In this document: positions 11,449 through 24,624 of the stretch, piece by piece | Layout of the letters: every line of letters begins with the position of its first letter | How positions within the stretch are numbered: the first letter of the stretch is position 1 | DNA from: Eledone cirrhosa | Lineage: Eukaryota | DNA: 64,000 nucleotides | Direction of reading: 5' to 3' | Assembly: GCA_964016885.1 (NCBI GenBank) | Contig: OZ024742.1 | Coordinates: forward strand, 59,830,001-59,894,000 | Program-made: the position numbers and the translations under genes | Notes under the pieces: model-generated | What the model saw: the letters and a program-made list of their open reading frames with translations, nothing else | Told to the model about the DNA's origin: nothing | Database searches by the model: none

Positions 11449-13433
11449 GTGGCTAATTCCTCTCTGCACGAAGCAGCTGAAAGCCTTCCTCACAAAATAA
11501 CACCTCACACCGACACCACCATTGTAAATGTTACTACGTTTGCCAACACAAAAAAAAATATAAGCAGTAGCAATATTTTAAATTTGTCTCAGGCAGACAT
11601 TCATTTCCCGCCATTACCAATGACTGCAGGTGTTAAAGCCTCCACCACCACCACCACCGCGACAACCACCACCACCACCACCACGGCGACAACAGAAACA
11701 AAAGAAGAAAAAAATAAATTAACTCGTGACGTCGAAATGAAATCAAGCAAAATGGACTCTTCCCCATCAAAGACGACTGACGTCACCACCACCACAACTG
11801 AAAATAAAATTAATATTAACGATAGCAACAACAACAACAATGACATTATAAAACCGACCCTCAGTTTCGCCAGAGTAGCAAAACAATTCGAAGCGTTCAC
11901 GGTAACTCAAGAAGATTTAGAAAATGCCAAACAAATGGTAAAGAAAGATGGGTACAGGGTCAGCCTCACCCCCCCACCTAATAAAATGGAGCATCGGCGC
12001 CTGTGCACCGTGTCGTATAGAACAATAAATGTAAAATCGCGCCGAGTGGAACGGGCATCCGAGTCCCAAATCCAAAAAGCTTTGGGACATGTGTGGGCAA
12101 GAAAAACCCATATCAGACGTGGGCAAAAGTATGGAACCGTGGATGTGTTCTTTGAAACACCAGAGGAGGCTAGAGAACACTCCATGGCCCCATTAAAAAG
12201 TGACGACCTCACACTCGTCCCAAGCTATTGTGGCCAGAGACTCGTAAAGATCAGGGTGACCCACGTTCCACCGGCCATCGAAATTCCCTGTCTAATAGCG
12301 GCTGTCCTCGCCGGCATCGAAGCCAACACGAAAATAATAGCAGTAGCAAAAGAAAAGCAGGAAAACTGGTCCGGATCTGGGATGGAGCTCCTGATCCAAG
12401 CGGACCAAAAAAGCATTGAGGAGATCCCAGAGGTAATAGACCTCACTGACGGCAGCCACCTCACGGTAATTGTCGAGGGCAGAAGACCTAGGTGTGTCGT
12501 TTGTGGTGAAGGAACCCACCTAAGGGCTTTCTGCCCTCAGGCTAAAAGGTTGAGGCCACCTCTCCTACCCACCCCAGTGACACAACCATCAACACCACCA
12601 GTAGCAGAGATGGCAGCAACAACTGTAGCAGCAACAACAGAAGCAACTATAACAGCAACAACCCCAGCAACAGTAGCAAAACCAACACCACTACCACCAC
12701 CAGCAAAACCAACACCACCACCACCCAACGCTTCAGAACTAGCACCAGCGCCTACACCATCCACCACACCACAACAAAAACTAACGGCTGTGGAGGATTT
12801 TGCACTCCCCGGCCTATCACAACTGGAGACAGATTGTGACGACGAGGAGTGGGAAACGATATCCGGAAAAAAAAAAGAAACCAAAAAAGAAAAAATTCTC
12901 TTCCTTCCCCCTCCAAAAACAAAATACAGAGGGAAACAAATAAACTAAAAAACAAAAAAGTTAGGACCGATATGCCACCATCCACACCAGCATCACCAAC
13001 CCCATCAACCCAAACACCAACACCATCACCATCATTATCCCCAGCACCACCATCACCTACACCACAAAAGTCACCAAAATGCGAAACAGAAACAAACCCA
13101 CAACAAACGCAAACAAAACAAAACAACCAAAACGATACACACTACACAGCATTAAATTTGAACAACAAGCAATGATTACACTACATCCAACACAACACCA
13201 GCATCACAGAAAAAGACTACACAACAACCCCAAAATTCACACCACCTCCACACATACAAATCACTCGCATCACACAGAAAACGTACATGACACTAAAACA
13301 AAAATTCCCCAAAGACATCGGAGACTTCCGACAAGCACTCTCCAGGAGGATTTATAAGAACATCCTTCCTGAGGAGGCCACAAGCAGTGAAAAGGATGGA
13401 AAAGCCGTCCTTCCCCTACGAGAAGTAAGGTAA
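11449..13433 (+). pseudogene. Tx1 ORF1 (nucleic-acid-binding, CCHC knuckle); frameshift in the A-run at ~12870 and a stop at 13173-13175; native stop TAA at 13431-13433
   Basis: ORFs 11449-12948 and 12849-13175, then open reading to ...VLPLREVR*. Confidence 0.8.
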
Positions 13434-13467
13434 GTGGTCTTTCCCATCTTTTCCACTCCTTTTCAAC

Positions 13468-16400
13468 ATGACCTCACTCAGAATAGGCAGCATAAATGCG
13501 CGTGGCTTGGGGTCGTCATGGAAGCAGGGCCACCTGCTCAACGACCTCAGGTCACTAAACATAGATGTAGTGGCCATCAGCGAGACCAGAATCTCCGAAG
13601 AACAGGCTTTCGCACCGATCTTCGGCGGCTACGATGTGTACGCATCTCCCAGCCGTCCGGGATCGGGGGGAGGAGTTGCTGTGCTTTTTCGGAGAGGTTT
13701 GGATCTTGCCATACGGGCCATCTTCCTGGACCCAGAAGGTAAGTTGGTGGTGCTGGACGTGACCAGCGGAGACGGGCAAGCTTTCAGGTTAGTGGCCGTC
13801 TATGCCCCGACAGGAGCAGGGCGGCCTGATTTCTTCCGGCGTCTGGAGACCTTTCTTGGAACGTCCCGCTCTTTAGTGTTAGTGGGCGACTGGAACGGGA
13901 TCTTAGATGCACGCTGGGATTGTGTGGGATTAGTGGATAGGGAAGGAGGGTGCAAGAGTCTCACCAACCTGCTCAGACGTTTTGAACTGTCTGACAGGTA
14001 CCGAATGGATTTCCCGAATGTACCAATGTGGACTTGGACAAATCGCATAGGGTCATCCAGATCATAGCTAGATAGAGTATTTTGTAGGGAAATACATAGG
14101 TCTAGCATAGGCTGTCCACAATTCAAGATAGTCAGCTACACGGACCACAAATTCGTGATCTGTGTGCTTGACTTAGATAGGCTTCATAGATGAGGACCCG
14201 GCTACTGGAAGCTAAACGCGTCCTTACCAGCGCGCAAGGCCTACAGAGACCGGATTAGCGAACTAGTTAAGCGGGCGTTGACGGGGGCCATCGTCAACAA
14301 CAAGTGGTGGTTTGCTCTGAAAAGAGCAATTAGAATAGAGTCCATTAGGTTTAGTAAGACTTTAGCAATAGAGAAAAATAGAGCAGAGGGAGAATTAGTT
14401 AGAAAATTAGATGAGGCGCTTAGCAAAGGCATCGCGACCGACGTACTTGCGGCGAAATTGGCCCTTGACCAATTCTTCAATGCAAAGCACGAAGGCTGCG
14501 TTGTCAGAGCAAGGGTGCGTGCTCTCAGACACGAGGGGACGAAAGCCGTTCAATGGGCCCGAGTGGCGGAGGTGCGTCGTGGCAACAAAGGCACGATCCG
14601 GTCTTTGGTGGACCACGACGGGCGCATGCTACTCGATCCCGAGCAAATGTGTGAAGCTTTTCAGCGACACTTCGCTCAACTGTTCGGGGGCAGTGGCGGG
14701 CCGGATCGAGGGATGGACTTTAGTGTCTACCTCGACGGACTGCCGCGGCTTTCGGCCACTGAGGCGGAGTGTTGCGAAAAGCCGATAACAACCGCTGAAG
14801 TACGGGATGCAATGACTAGTTGCACAAGGGGTAAATCGCCTGGTTTGGATGGCCTGCCCTATGAACATTACGTACAAATGCCAAACTTGTTGGGAGGCCT
14901 CTTGGCGGACGTCTACTGCAACTGGCAACAGAACGGGAGAATTCCCAGCTCTGTGAGCCGAGGAGCGGTGGCGCTGCTGAGAAAGGATCCGAACAAGGGG
15001 GATAACATAGATAATTTTAGGCCCATAACTCTGCTAAACACAGAGTTCAAGATTTTGGCCAAGGTGCTAGCAAAGAGGTTGGCGCTTGTCGTTGATGGTC
15101 TGGCGGGAGAGGCACAGACATGCGCCATTCCCGACAGATCCATTCACGACAACCTCCACCTCATGCGATACATCGTAGAGTGGGTAGCTAGGGAACCTGG
15201 CACGGGTGGGTCTTTGATCAATTTAGATCAGTCGAAAGCCTTCGATAGGGTCGACCATCGTTACCTAACGGCAGTCCTGAGGGCGGCTGGCTTTGGGCCC
15301 GTCTTCAGAGGCTGGATCGCTGCCATGCACAGCGACATCTGCTCTGTAGTGAGAGTGAACGGTCACCTTTCGGAACCGTTCAACATCATGCGCTCGGTCC
15401 GCCAAGGATGTCCCCTCTCGTCCCTATTGTACGTATTGACTCTCGAGCCATTACTGCACAAGCTGGAGACGTTGAGGGGGGTCCCGCGCGAACTAGGATG
15501 CGGAAGATCCGCGTCAGCATATGCCGACGATGTCACCGTAGTGGTGTCGAACGCCAAACACATCGAGGCGATCGGCACTACACTAAGAGAATACGAAGCG
15601 GTGACAGGAGCAATGATCAACCAGGAAAAGTCAGTGGGCCTGCAGCTCGGCACCTGGAGAGGCAGGTCTATGCCGTCCAACAGCGTCATCGAGCGCTGGA
15701 CGGACGGACCGGTTAAATTGCTAGCGGTCTGGTTCGGTCCAGACCTCCAGACGGACAAAAACTGGGACGAGGTGACGAGCAGGGTGGCTTCTCTCACCCA
15801 GAAATGGGCCGAGAGGAAGCTATCCCTGAAAGGTCGAGCGGAGGTGGCGAATGCGTACATCGCATCCGTCATCTACTACCGCCTGACCGTCGTACCTTGT
15901 CCTAAGCCCCGCCCGACTGCGCTGGAGCGTTTGCTCTTTCGCTTCTTGTGGAAGGGACGCGCTCTGATGGTCAGGCGGTCCATCTGCTGTCAACACCCGC
16001 TGCGTGGAGGGCTGGGCATGCCGTGGCTGATGATGCGCAGACACGCGCTCAGGCTACGACATCTCCACCTCTTCCTCGACGGTGATCAGGTGTGGTCGCC
16101 GTTTGCAAGACACGTTTTTCCCCAGCTCGTCTCCTTGACGGAGCTGCAGTCCTGGGTCAAGCGAAGACCGAGAGGGAGCGCTTGGAGACTGGAATGTCTT
16201 CAGGCGCTCACAGCTCTCGACCAATCGGACAATGTGATCGGTGGAAACTCCACCTTGGTGTTCTATAGGGGATTAGTGGAGGGGAAGAGCGACGACGTAC
16301 TTGGAGAAACTCTAGGCGTCGACGAAAATCAACTAGCCAATCTCTTCGGAAGGACTTTCGGGCCGGGGCCTATGGACAACTTCCAGAAATCCCTGGCCTG

Positions 16401-16887
16401 GCAGTGCTACCGAGGAGCTTTGCCAGTTTTGGATAAACTCTACAGGCATGGAGGTGCCGTCAGCCGGGCATGTCCGAGATGCGCGCAGGGCGACGAAACC
16501 GTCCTGCACGCACTCGTCCAGTGTCCGAGCATTGCTGACTTGTGGGTTTATGTCGAACACCTGCTGTCACGTGTAGGACGGATCCAGCTATCAGCTGAGT
16601 CCATCGTGAGGATTGCCCCGCCCCCTTCCTTTAGCCTGGAAGGGCAGGCAGTTTTTATCTGTCTGGTGGCCATGGCGAAAGAGATAGTATGGTGGACACG
16701 TTTGAAAGGGCTGAAGACGAGCACTTACCTCTTCGGTGATGCCCTGATTAACTTTTTCAAATTTCATTTGAAAAGGAAAATCAGGGTAGAGAGGGAAGTG
16801 CTCTCTTCCCAGCATTTTGTTGAAAGATGGGTGAGAGAAGCAAGTATGGCCCGAATGAATGGGCCTTCTCTGAGTATGTGTCTGTAA
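13468..16887 (+). pseudogene. Tx1 ORF2: APE endonuclease + reverse transcriptase + CCHC; single frame of 1140 codons with two nonsense stops
   Basis: APE motifs SINARGL, ISET, GGGVAVLF, VYAP, LVGDWN, LDRVF, TDH; RT KSPGLDG, LDQSKAFDRV, VRQGCPLS, YADD; stops at 14065-14067 and 14191-14193. Confidence 0.93.
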
Positions 16888-17129
16888 ATTAAAGGTGGAA
16901 AACTGGGAGAGGGCACTTGCCCTGGTGGTCAGGGCCACTGTGGTCTTTTAATGGGCTTTCTCCACAAATGTCCCTTGGAAGTCTCCCTCCTATTGGGGAA
17001 TTTTTCTTTGTTATTTTATTTCAACCTCTGTTTTTTTACACGCAGAAAAGCCCATTTGTACCGTCCTGTATTGTCCTGTACTGTCCTTAATGTCTACTTT
17101 ATGTGAACCCTTGTGGTTAATAAAGAAAA

Positions 17130-17130
<1 letters not shown>

Positions 17131-17163
<33 letters not shown>
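17131..17163. repeat. (ATT)n tract shared tail to tail by Tx1 copy B (+) and Dong-B (-)
   Basis: Direct reading. Confidence 0.95.
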
Positions 17164-20100
17164 GTTCTTAGAGTCTCAGTCATTGATGTTAGTTAACTGG
17201 AAAGTTTGTTGAAATGAATATCAAGCCACTACCTGCAGCCTCAGATATTCAGGACATATCGGAGGGTTCTTGCTGTTCCCAGCAAGCATGCCTTTTGAAA
17301 TGTTCCAAAAAGAGGGGTGGGGCCAATTTTCTTTAACCATCCCTGGAAACTTTTGGAGATAGTACCTAGTGCGCCTATGACAATCGGCACCACTTTGATC
17401 TCATGGCAGTTCCAAATCCATTTTACCTCCCACTTTAAGTTCTGGTATCGGTTAATTTTCTCCCTCTCCTTCTCTTGCACTCTAGTGTCAAATGGGCAGG
17501 CCACATCCACAATCAGGCGCGATCTTTTTTCCATGTCCAAAACCACCAGCTCAGGTCTATTGTGTTCCAGTTTCTTGTCCGTCTGTATCCTAAAATCCCA
17601 TAGCACCTTCACTTGATCGTTTTCTATCACCGACTCTGGCTTATGCTCATACCACTTCTCAGAATGTGGTAAATGTTTACTTTGCATAGGTGCCAGTGGA
17701 TCACCCTGCCCATCATATCATGTCTCCAGCCTTTATAGTATGTCTGGGCTAGGTGGTTACACTTGGATACAAGTTGAGTCACAGTCTCCTCCCTTTCCTC
17801 TCTCTACAGATCCTGCAAGTGGGCTAGCCTCCTCCTTGTAAATATGGTGTTTCAGCCACTTCGTTTTGAGGGCTTGCTCTTGCGCAGCCATTAGCATTCC
17901 TTCTGTAGCCTTTTTAAGGTCTCCTCTTTTCAACCAGTTCCATGTCTGTGGATCTGTGAATTCAGTTTTCTCAAAGAAGGTACTATGAAGGGATTTTTCC
18001 TGAAGGCTGCTCTTTCCCCTTGCTGTTATTTCCTCCTTGGACATGCCCTGGTCTATTGTCCTCTCCTTCAGTACAATTCTGAGCATTGGCTCCTTACTAT
18101 CAGTCACGTATTTGTGTAGGTTGTTTTTCTCCATCTGAACACAGTCCTCTATGCTGATAAGACCTCTTTCACCTTCTGATCTCCTTAAGTAGAGTCTATC
18201 GACATCACTCATTTTGTGGAACATGTTGTAGATAGTCAATAGCTTCCTAGTCTTCCTATCCATTTCTTTTTGTTCAGCAACATTCCATCTCAGAATTCCC
18301 GCACTGTACCTAATAATAGACACAGCTCGGGAATTTACTGCACTTATGGCATTCCTACTGTTCAGATGTGACTTTAATACGCTCCTTGCTCTCCGAATGT
18401 ATTCAGATCTTATCAATTCCTTCATCTTTTTGCTCTTGATGTCATCAGCCTCCAGAACACCCTAATACTTGTATCTCTCTTCAGTGTCAATATCCTTTAT
18501 CATCTCACCTGTTGGTACCTTGATTACGTTGCTTCTGCTCAATTCACCCCTCTTCATCACAGGGACTCTACACTTACTAATACCAAATTGCATACATATA
18601 TCATTGCTGAAAATACGGACAGTGTCAACAAGCACATCCAACTCCTTCTCACTCTTCCCGAAGAGCTTAAGATCGTCCATGAAGAGGAGGTGATTGATGG
18701 TAAGCTCTCCTTTTCCCAACTTGTATCCTGCTCTCACCTTTCACAGTATAATGGTAAGGGGCATCAGGGCAAGGACAAACAACAGAGGGGACAGACTATC
18801 TCCCTGGAAGATACCTCTCTTGAACTTCACGCCTCCCAAGGATTCTCCAGCTGATGTTAACTCTGTTTTCTCGGACTTCATACTTTTGCTCAACAACTGT
18901 CTGATGTTATCTGCCACCTTGAAGATCTCTAGGCTTTTGGTGATTCAGGAATGAGGCACCATGTCAAATGCCTTTTTGTAGTCTATCCATCCCATGGCAA
19001 GACCAGTGTGTCTCCTCTTACAATTCCTCATTACCATCTTATCAATAAGTAACTGGTCCTTTGTACCACGGGACTTCTTTCGGTATCCTTTCTGTTCGTC
19101 CGGTAACAAGTTGTTGGTGTTGAGGTGATGGTAGATTTCCTCAGACACAATGCTTGTCAACAGTTTCCACATTACGGACAGACATGTGATAGGTCTATAG
19201 TTGGTAACATCATTACCCTTGATTCGGTCCTTCATTACCAGAACTGTTTTACCTTTACTCAACCACCATGGTAGCTCACCTGACATCAAGCAGTCATTGA
19301 ACATGGTTGTCAGTTTCGGGTGGAGGGATGTTATATTTTTAATTCAATACCCCTGCACACCAGCTGGGACTGGTGATTTCCAGTTGGTTAGTTTTTTGGC
19401 CTGCCCCTTAAGAGTTTCAACTGTGATACTCAAATCAGTTTGTTGGCTTGCCTGTTCACTAATCTCCTTTTGTACTGTCTCAATCCACACTGCCTGGTCA
19501 TTATGTTTAACATCCTGCTCCCATATTCCTCTCCAGAATGTCTTAGTTTGTTCCGCCTCTGGGATCAAGTCGTTGCCTCTTTCTTTCCCTTCAAGCTGTC
19601 CAAACAACATCTGGTTGTTGTCAAACATGCGGTTCTGTCTATACTGACTGACTCTGTTCTCGTATCGCCTGATTTTTGCACTCTTTGCTACAATGCATTG
19701 CTTCAGTTCCTCTATGATAATATTTAGCTTTTTTCTCCTAGTTTTGTACTTTATTTCCAGTCTATTTTTAGTGTCTATGTTTTTTAGTGTCCCATTCAGT
19801 AGTGACTCAAGCTTTCCAATGTCATTTCTCATTTCCCTGATTTGACCACTCAGTCGTTTCTTCCACCAAGGCTCTGCTCTTTCTTGTCTGTTGTTTCCTC
19901 TCGCTTTTATACCAAGTAGTTTCCTCACCGTATTTGCTGTTGCTTTGAGGATATTGTTGCACTGGTGAAGGCTCCTCGCCTCTAGGTATGGGATGACTTT
20001 GTTTACCTTAGCTGTTGTTTCTTTTAACTTTTTCCTGTCTACAAATCTTAAGTTCATAGGTCTCCCACTATCATTGTTCAATTCATCTACCACTAAGTTT

Positions 20101-20440
20101 AGGATATCAACCAAATCTTGTCCTAGCCCGTCAGCATTCATCTCCTCAGTGGCCACTGTCCTCTGTTCCAGGTACTATTTATCTAAGCATTCAGATCATT
20201 GTCTGCTTCGGGTGGTTCCTCCGTTCTCTCGACCTCTTCACCTTCCTTTCCCACTGGCTCGTTTGCCTGGCATACTCCACTCTCCATCTCCAAGCTAATC
20301 TCTCTGCCCAGTTCCTCCAGTTCCAGCTCGCTTATCCACCCATTAGTTCTTATTACCCGAGCCTGCCCGGCCAATTTTTGTTCATCTAATTTAAATAGAC
20401 CAATCTCGTTCCAGATGTTATGCATCCGTTTCCTATAGCC
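17164..20440 (-). mobile_element. Dong-B RLE element (copy C), 3' end intact, 5' ~1.4 kb missing, several frameshifts
   Basis: NYRPITCL, WIDYKKAFD, QGDSLSP, LFMDDLK, RHD, NRP(E)..IVDVACPFD..KEREK. Confidence 0.92.
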
Positions 20441-23400
20441 TTTGCACATGTGCCAGTGGATCACCCTGCCCATCACATCATGTCTCCAGCCCTTATAGTG
20501 GGTCTGGGCTAGGTGTTTACACTCGGATACAATGTGAGCCACAGTCTCCTCTCTCTCTCCACAGATCCTGCACAGTGGGCTAGCCTCCTCCTTGTAAATA
20601 TGGTGTTTCAACCACTTCGTTTTGAGGGCCTGCCCCTGCGCAGCCATTAACATTCCTTCTGTAGCCTGTTTAAGGTCTCCTCTTCTCAACCAGTTCCATG
20701 TCTGTGGATCTCTAAATTCAGTTTTCTCAAAGAAGGTACTATGAAGGGATTTTTCCTGAAGGCTGCTCTTTCTCCTTGATGTTATTTCCTCCTTGGACAT
20801 CCCCTGGCCTATTGACCCCTCCTTCAGTACAGTTCTGAGCATTGGCCCCTTACTATCAGTCACGTATTTGTGTAGGTTGTTTTTCTCCATCTGAACACAG
20901 TCCTCTATGCTGATAAGACCTCTTTCACCTTCTGATCTCCTTAAGTAGAGTCTATCGACATCACTCATTTTGTGGAACATGTTGTAGATAGTCAATAGCT
21001 TCCTAGTCTTCCTATCCATTTCTTTTTGTTCAGCAACATTCCATCTCAGAATTCCCGCACTGTACCTAATAATAGACACAGCTCGGGAATTTACTGCGCT
21101 TATGGCATTTCTGCTGTTCAGATGTGACTTCTATACGCTCCTTACTCTCCGAATGTATTCAGTTCTTAACAATTCCTTCATTTTTTTGTTCTTTATGCCA
21201 TCAGCCTCCAGAACGCACACATACTTGTATCCTTCCTCAGAGTCAATTTCCCTTATCATCTCACCTGTTGGTATCTGGATTCCGTTATTTCTGCTCAACC
21301 TACCCATCCTCATCACAATGACTCCACACTTACTAATACCAAACTGCATACATATATCACTACTGAAAATACGGACAGTGTCAACAAGCACATCTAACTC
21401 CTTCTCACTCTTCCCGAAGAGCTTAAGATCGTCCATGAAGAGGAGGTGATTGATGGTAAGCCCTCCCTTTCCCAACCCGTATCCTGCTCTCACATTTCGC
21501 AGTACACTAGCCAGGGGCATCAGGGGAAGGACAAACAACAGAGGGGACAGGCTATCTCGCTGGAAGATACCTCTTTTGATCTTCACGCTTCCCAAGGATT
21601 CTCCAGTTGATGTCAACTCTGTTTCCCAGGACCTCGTACTCTTGCCCAACAACTGTCTGATGTTATCTGCCACCTTGAAGATCTCCAGGCTTTTGGTGAT
21701 CCAAGAATGAGGCACCATGTCAAATGCCTTTCTGTAGTCTATCCATCCCATGGCAAGATCAGTGTGTCTCCGCCGGCAATTCCCCATTACCACCTTATCA
21801 ATAAGTAACTGGTCCTTTGTACCACGTGACTGCTTTCGGCATCCTTTCTGTTCGTCCGGTAACAAGTTGTTTGTGTGGAGGTGATGGTAGATTTCCTCAG
21901 ACACAATGCTCGTCAACAGTTTCCACATTATGGACAGACATGTGATAGGTCTATAGTTGGTAACATCATTACCCTTGATTCGGTCTTTCATTATCAGAAC
22001 TGTGGTACCTTTTGTCAACCACTCTGGTACCCCACCTGACATCAAGCAGTCATTGAACATGGTTGTCAGTTTCGGGTGGAGGGATGTTATATTTTTAATC
22101 CAATACCCCTGCACACCATCTGGGCCTGGTGATTTCCAGTTGGTTAATTTTTTGGCCTGCCCCTTAAGAGTTTCAACTGTGATACTCAAATCAGTTTGTT
22201 GGTGTGCCTGCTCACCGATCTCTCTCTGTACTGTCCCAATTCACACTGCCTGGTCATTATGTCTAACATCCTGCTCCCATATTCCTCTCAAGAATGTTTT
22301 AGTTTGTTCCGCCTCAGGGATCAAGTCGTTGCCTCTTTCTTTCCCCTCAAGCTGTCCAAACAGCATCTTCTGGTTGTTGTCGAACATGCGGTTCTGTTTA
22401 TACTGACTGACTCTGTTCTCGTATAGCCTGATTTTTGCACTCTTTGCTACAATGCGTTGCTTCAGTTCCTCTATGATAATATTTAGCTTTTTTCTCCTAG
22501 TTTTGTACTTTATTTCCAGTCTATTTTTAGTGTCTATGTTTTTTAGTGTCCCATTCAGTAGTGACTCAAGCTTTCCAATGTCATTTCTCATTTCCCTGAT
22601 TTGACCACTCAGTCGTTTCTTCCACCAAGGCTCTGCTCTTTCTTGTCTGTTGTTTCCTCTCGCTTTTATACCAAGTAGTTTCCTCGCCGTATTTGCTGTT
22701 GCTTTGAGGATATTGTTGCACTGGTGAAGGCTCCTCGCCTCAAGGTATGGGATGACTTCGTTTACCTTAGCTGTTGTTTCTTTTAACTTTTTCCTGTCTA
22801 CAAATCTTAGGTTCATAGGTCTCCCACTATCATTGTTCAATTCATCTACCACTAAGTTTAGGATATCAACCAAATCTTGTCCTAGCCCGTCAGCATTCAT
22901 CTCCTCAGTGGCCGTATCTCTGTTCCAGGTATTATTTATCTCAGTATTCAGATTATTGTATGCTTCGGGTGGTTCCTCCGTTCTCTCGACCTCTTCACCT
23001 TCATTTCCCACTGGCTCGTTTGCCTGGCATACTCCACCCTCCATCTCCAAGCTAATCTCTCTGCTCAGTTCCTCCAGTTCCAGCTCGCTTATCCACCCAT
23101 TAGTTCTTATTACCCGAGCCTGCCCGGCCAATTTTTGTTTATCTAATTTAAATAGACCAATCTCGTTCCAGATGTTATGCATCCGTCTCCTATAGCCCCT
23201 CTCCTTGGGGTTACTTTTCAGGTAACATTGCATAACAGTTCTATTCAATTCTTTCGTCCAGTTGGTTCTGGTCCATTTCCTTCTTCTTCTTCCTCCGACA
23301 CCAGCAGTATTTGGTTGACAGCCAGGTCCCTGCTGCTGAGCCAGGGAGCACCTGTTGGGTGAGAGTCTGTCACATGACGTTCTAGTCTCCATTTCACCGT

Positions 23401-24566
23401 TATTCGAACTGTTTAGGTTCGATATTTAAACACTCTTATCGAGGATTGGCGAATGTATGGTTACATAGCAATCTGTGGATTCACTTGGCTCTTGTGTGGA
23501 ATTATCACCATTCTGTAGACGAACACAAATAAACAAACAAACAAACAGGCAGAAAAAAACCCAAAAATGAATAAGCATAAGTTTCATTGTAATGTAGTGT
23601 TCGAATGTCTGACTTAGTTTTTCCCTTCTCTTCTCTGTCCGTCTGCTTGTTTCTCTCTTCATTCTTATTTTCTTTACGTTTTTTTGTTTTTGTTTTTCTC
23701 TGTTTGTTTTGTTGTTGTTGTTGCTGTGCTGCTTTGGTTTTGATTTTTGTTTTTTCTTTTGAGTCTATCTATATATTTTGATGCCTTCCTCTTTTTTAGT
23801 AGGAATTCTATAATGTGGTGGCAGTGCTGTGCTAGCAGAAACCAACAGGAAGCAATGGGAGAGAATAGCGGCGGTAGCGATACTGAGGCAGTGGTGGTGG
23901 TGATGTGATCGTATTACTGTAGTGATGGTGTTGTAGCGGTGGTAGCAATGAAGGAGTCATTGATGGGATAGTGGTAGTAATAATGGATGGGCGGCGGCGG
24001 CGGTGACTGTAATGATGGCATTGTCGTCACTGATGTCCGTTCGGTGAATCTATGGGGTTAGTCGCGTACATGTGTTGACATAAATTCCCTTAATGTTGGA
24101 ATTAAACGTTTTGTTAAAACTTGGGACAATAATAATAGTATTTATTATTATCATTATTATGTTAAGATTGGTTGTGGTGGTGGTGAAGTTGCCGTTATCT
24201 GGCTGTTGTGTTTAGTGTACACAGAGAGGTGATGGGGTAGGTGGTGTATCTAGTTTCTGGTGTTGGTGAGATTGGTGTTGTTTGGCTGTTCTATATAGTG
24301 TAGACAGAGGAGGGGGGGTCTTCTTCTTCCATTTATAGCCATTTTCTTTTTTGAATATACAATGTACAATACAAAGTTGAATATTTGAATATTTGAGCCT
24401 TATAACAATATATTTTGGGTCCGAATTTTTTGTGGCTCAAGCCGGATGCTTTACGTAACATTTGTACTAAGAGTTGTTATTTCACAAATGATTTAAATAT
24501 GTTAAAAATTCAAAACTTACGGGAGCGATTTCACGACCTTCTATCCGCCACGTGCGTCTTCTCCCT
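20441..24566 (-). mobile_element. Dong-B RLE element (copy D), 5' end intact with ~1.15 kb leader, 3' nuclease region missing (fused to copy C)
   Basis: ORFs 22241-23392, 21131-22189 and 20183-21079; 5' end GGGAGAAGACGCAC right after (TAA)n. Confidence 0.92.
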
Positions 24567-24569
24567 TTA

Positions 24570-24623
<54 letters not shown>
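24567..24623. repeat. (TTA)n spacer
   Basis: Direct reading. Confidence 0.95.

Positions 24624-24624
<1 letters not shown>

Larger units (their letters stand above)
11298..17130 (+). mobile_element. Tx1-clade LINE copy B, nearly full length (~5.9 kb including the displaced head)
   Basis: 5'UTR, ORF1 with CCHC, ORF2 APE-RT-CCHC, 3'UTR ending AATAAAGAAAAC+(ATT)n. Confidence 0.95.

Noticed and set aside
10764-17130. Tx1 copy B with a 535 bp inverted terminal repeat (twin priming or PLE-like inverted LTR)
   Set aside because: The inverted piece carries copy-A variants rather than copy-B variants and includes the extreme 3' tail.
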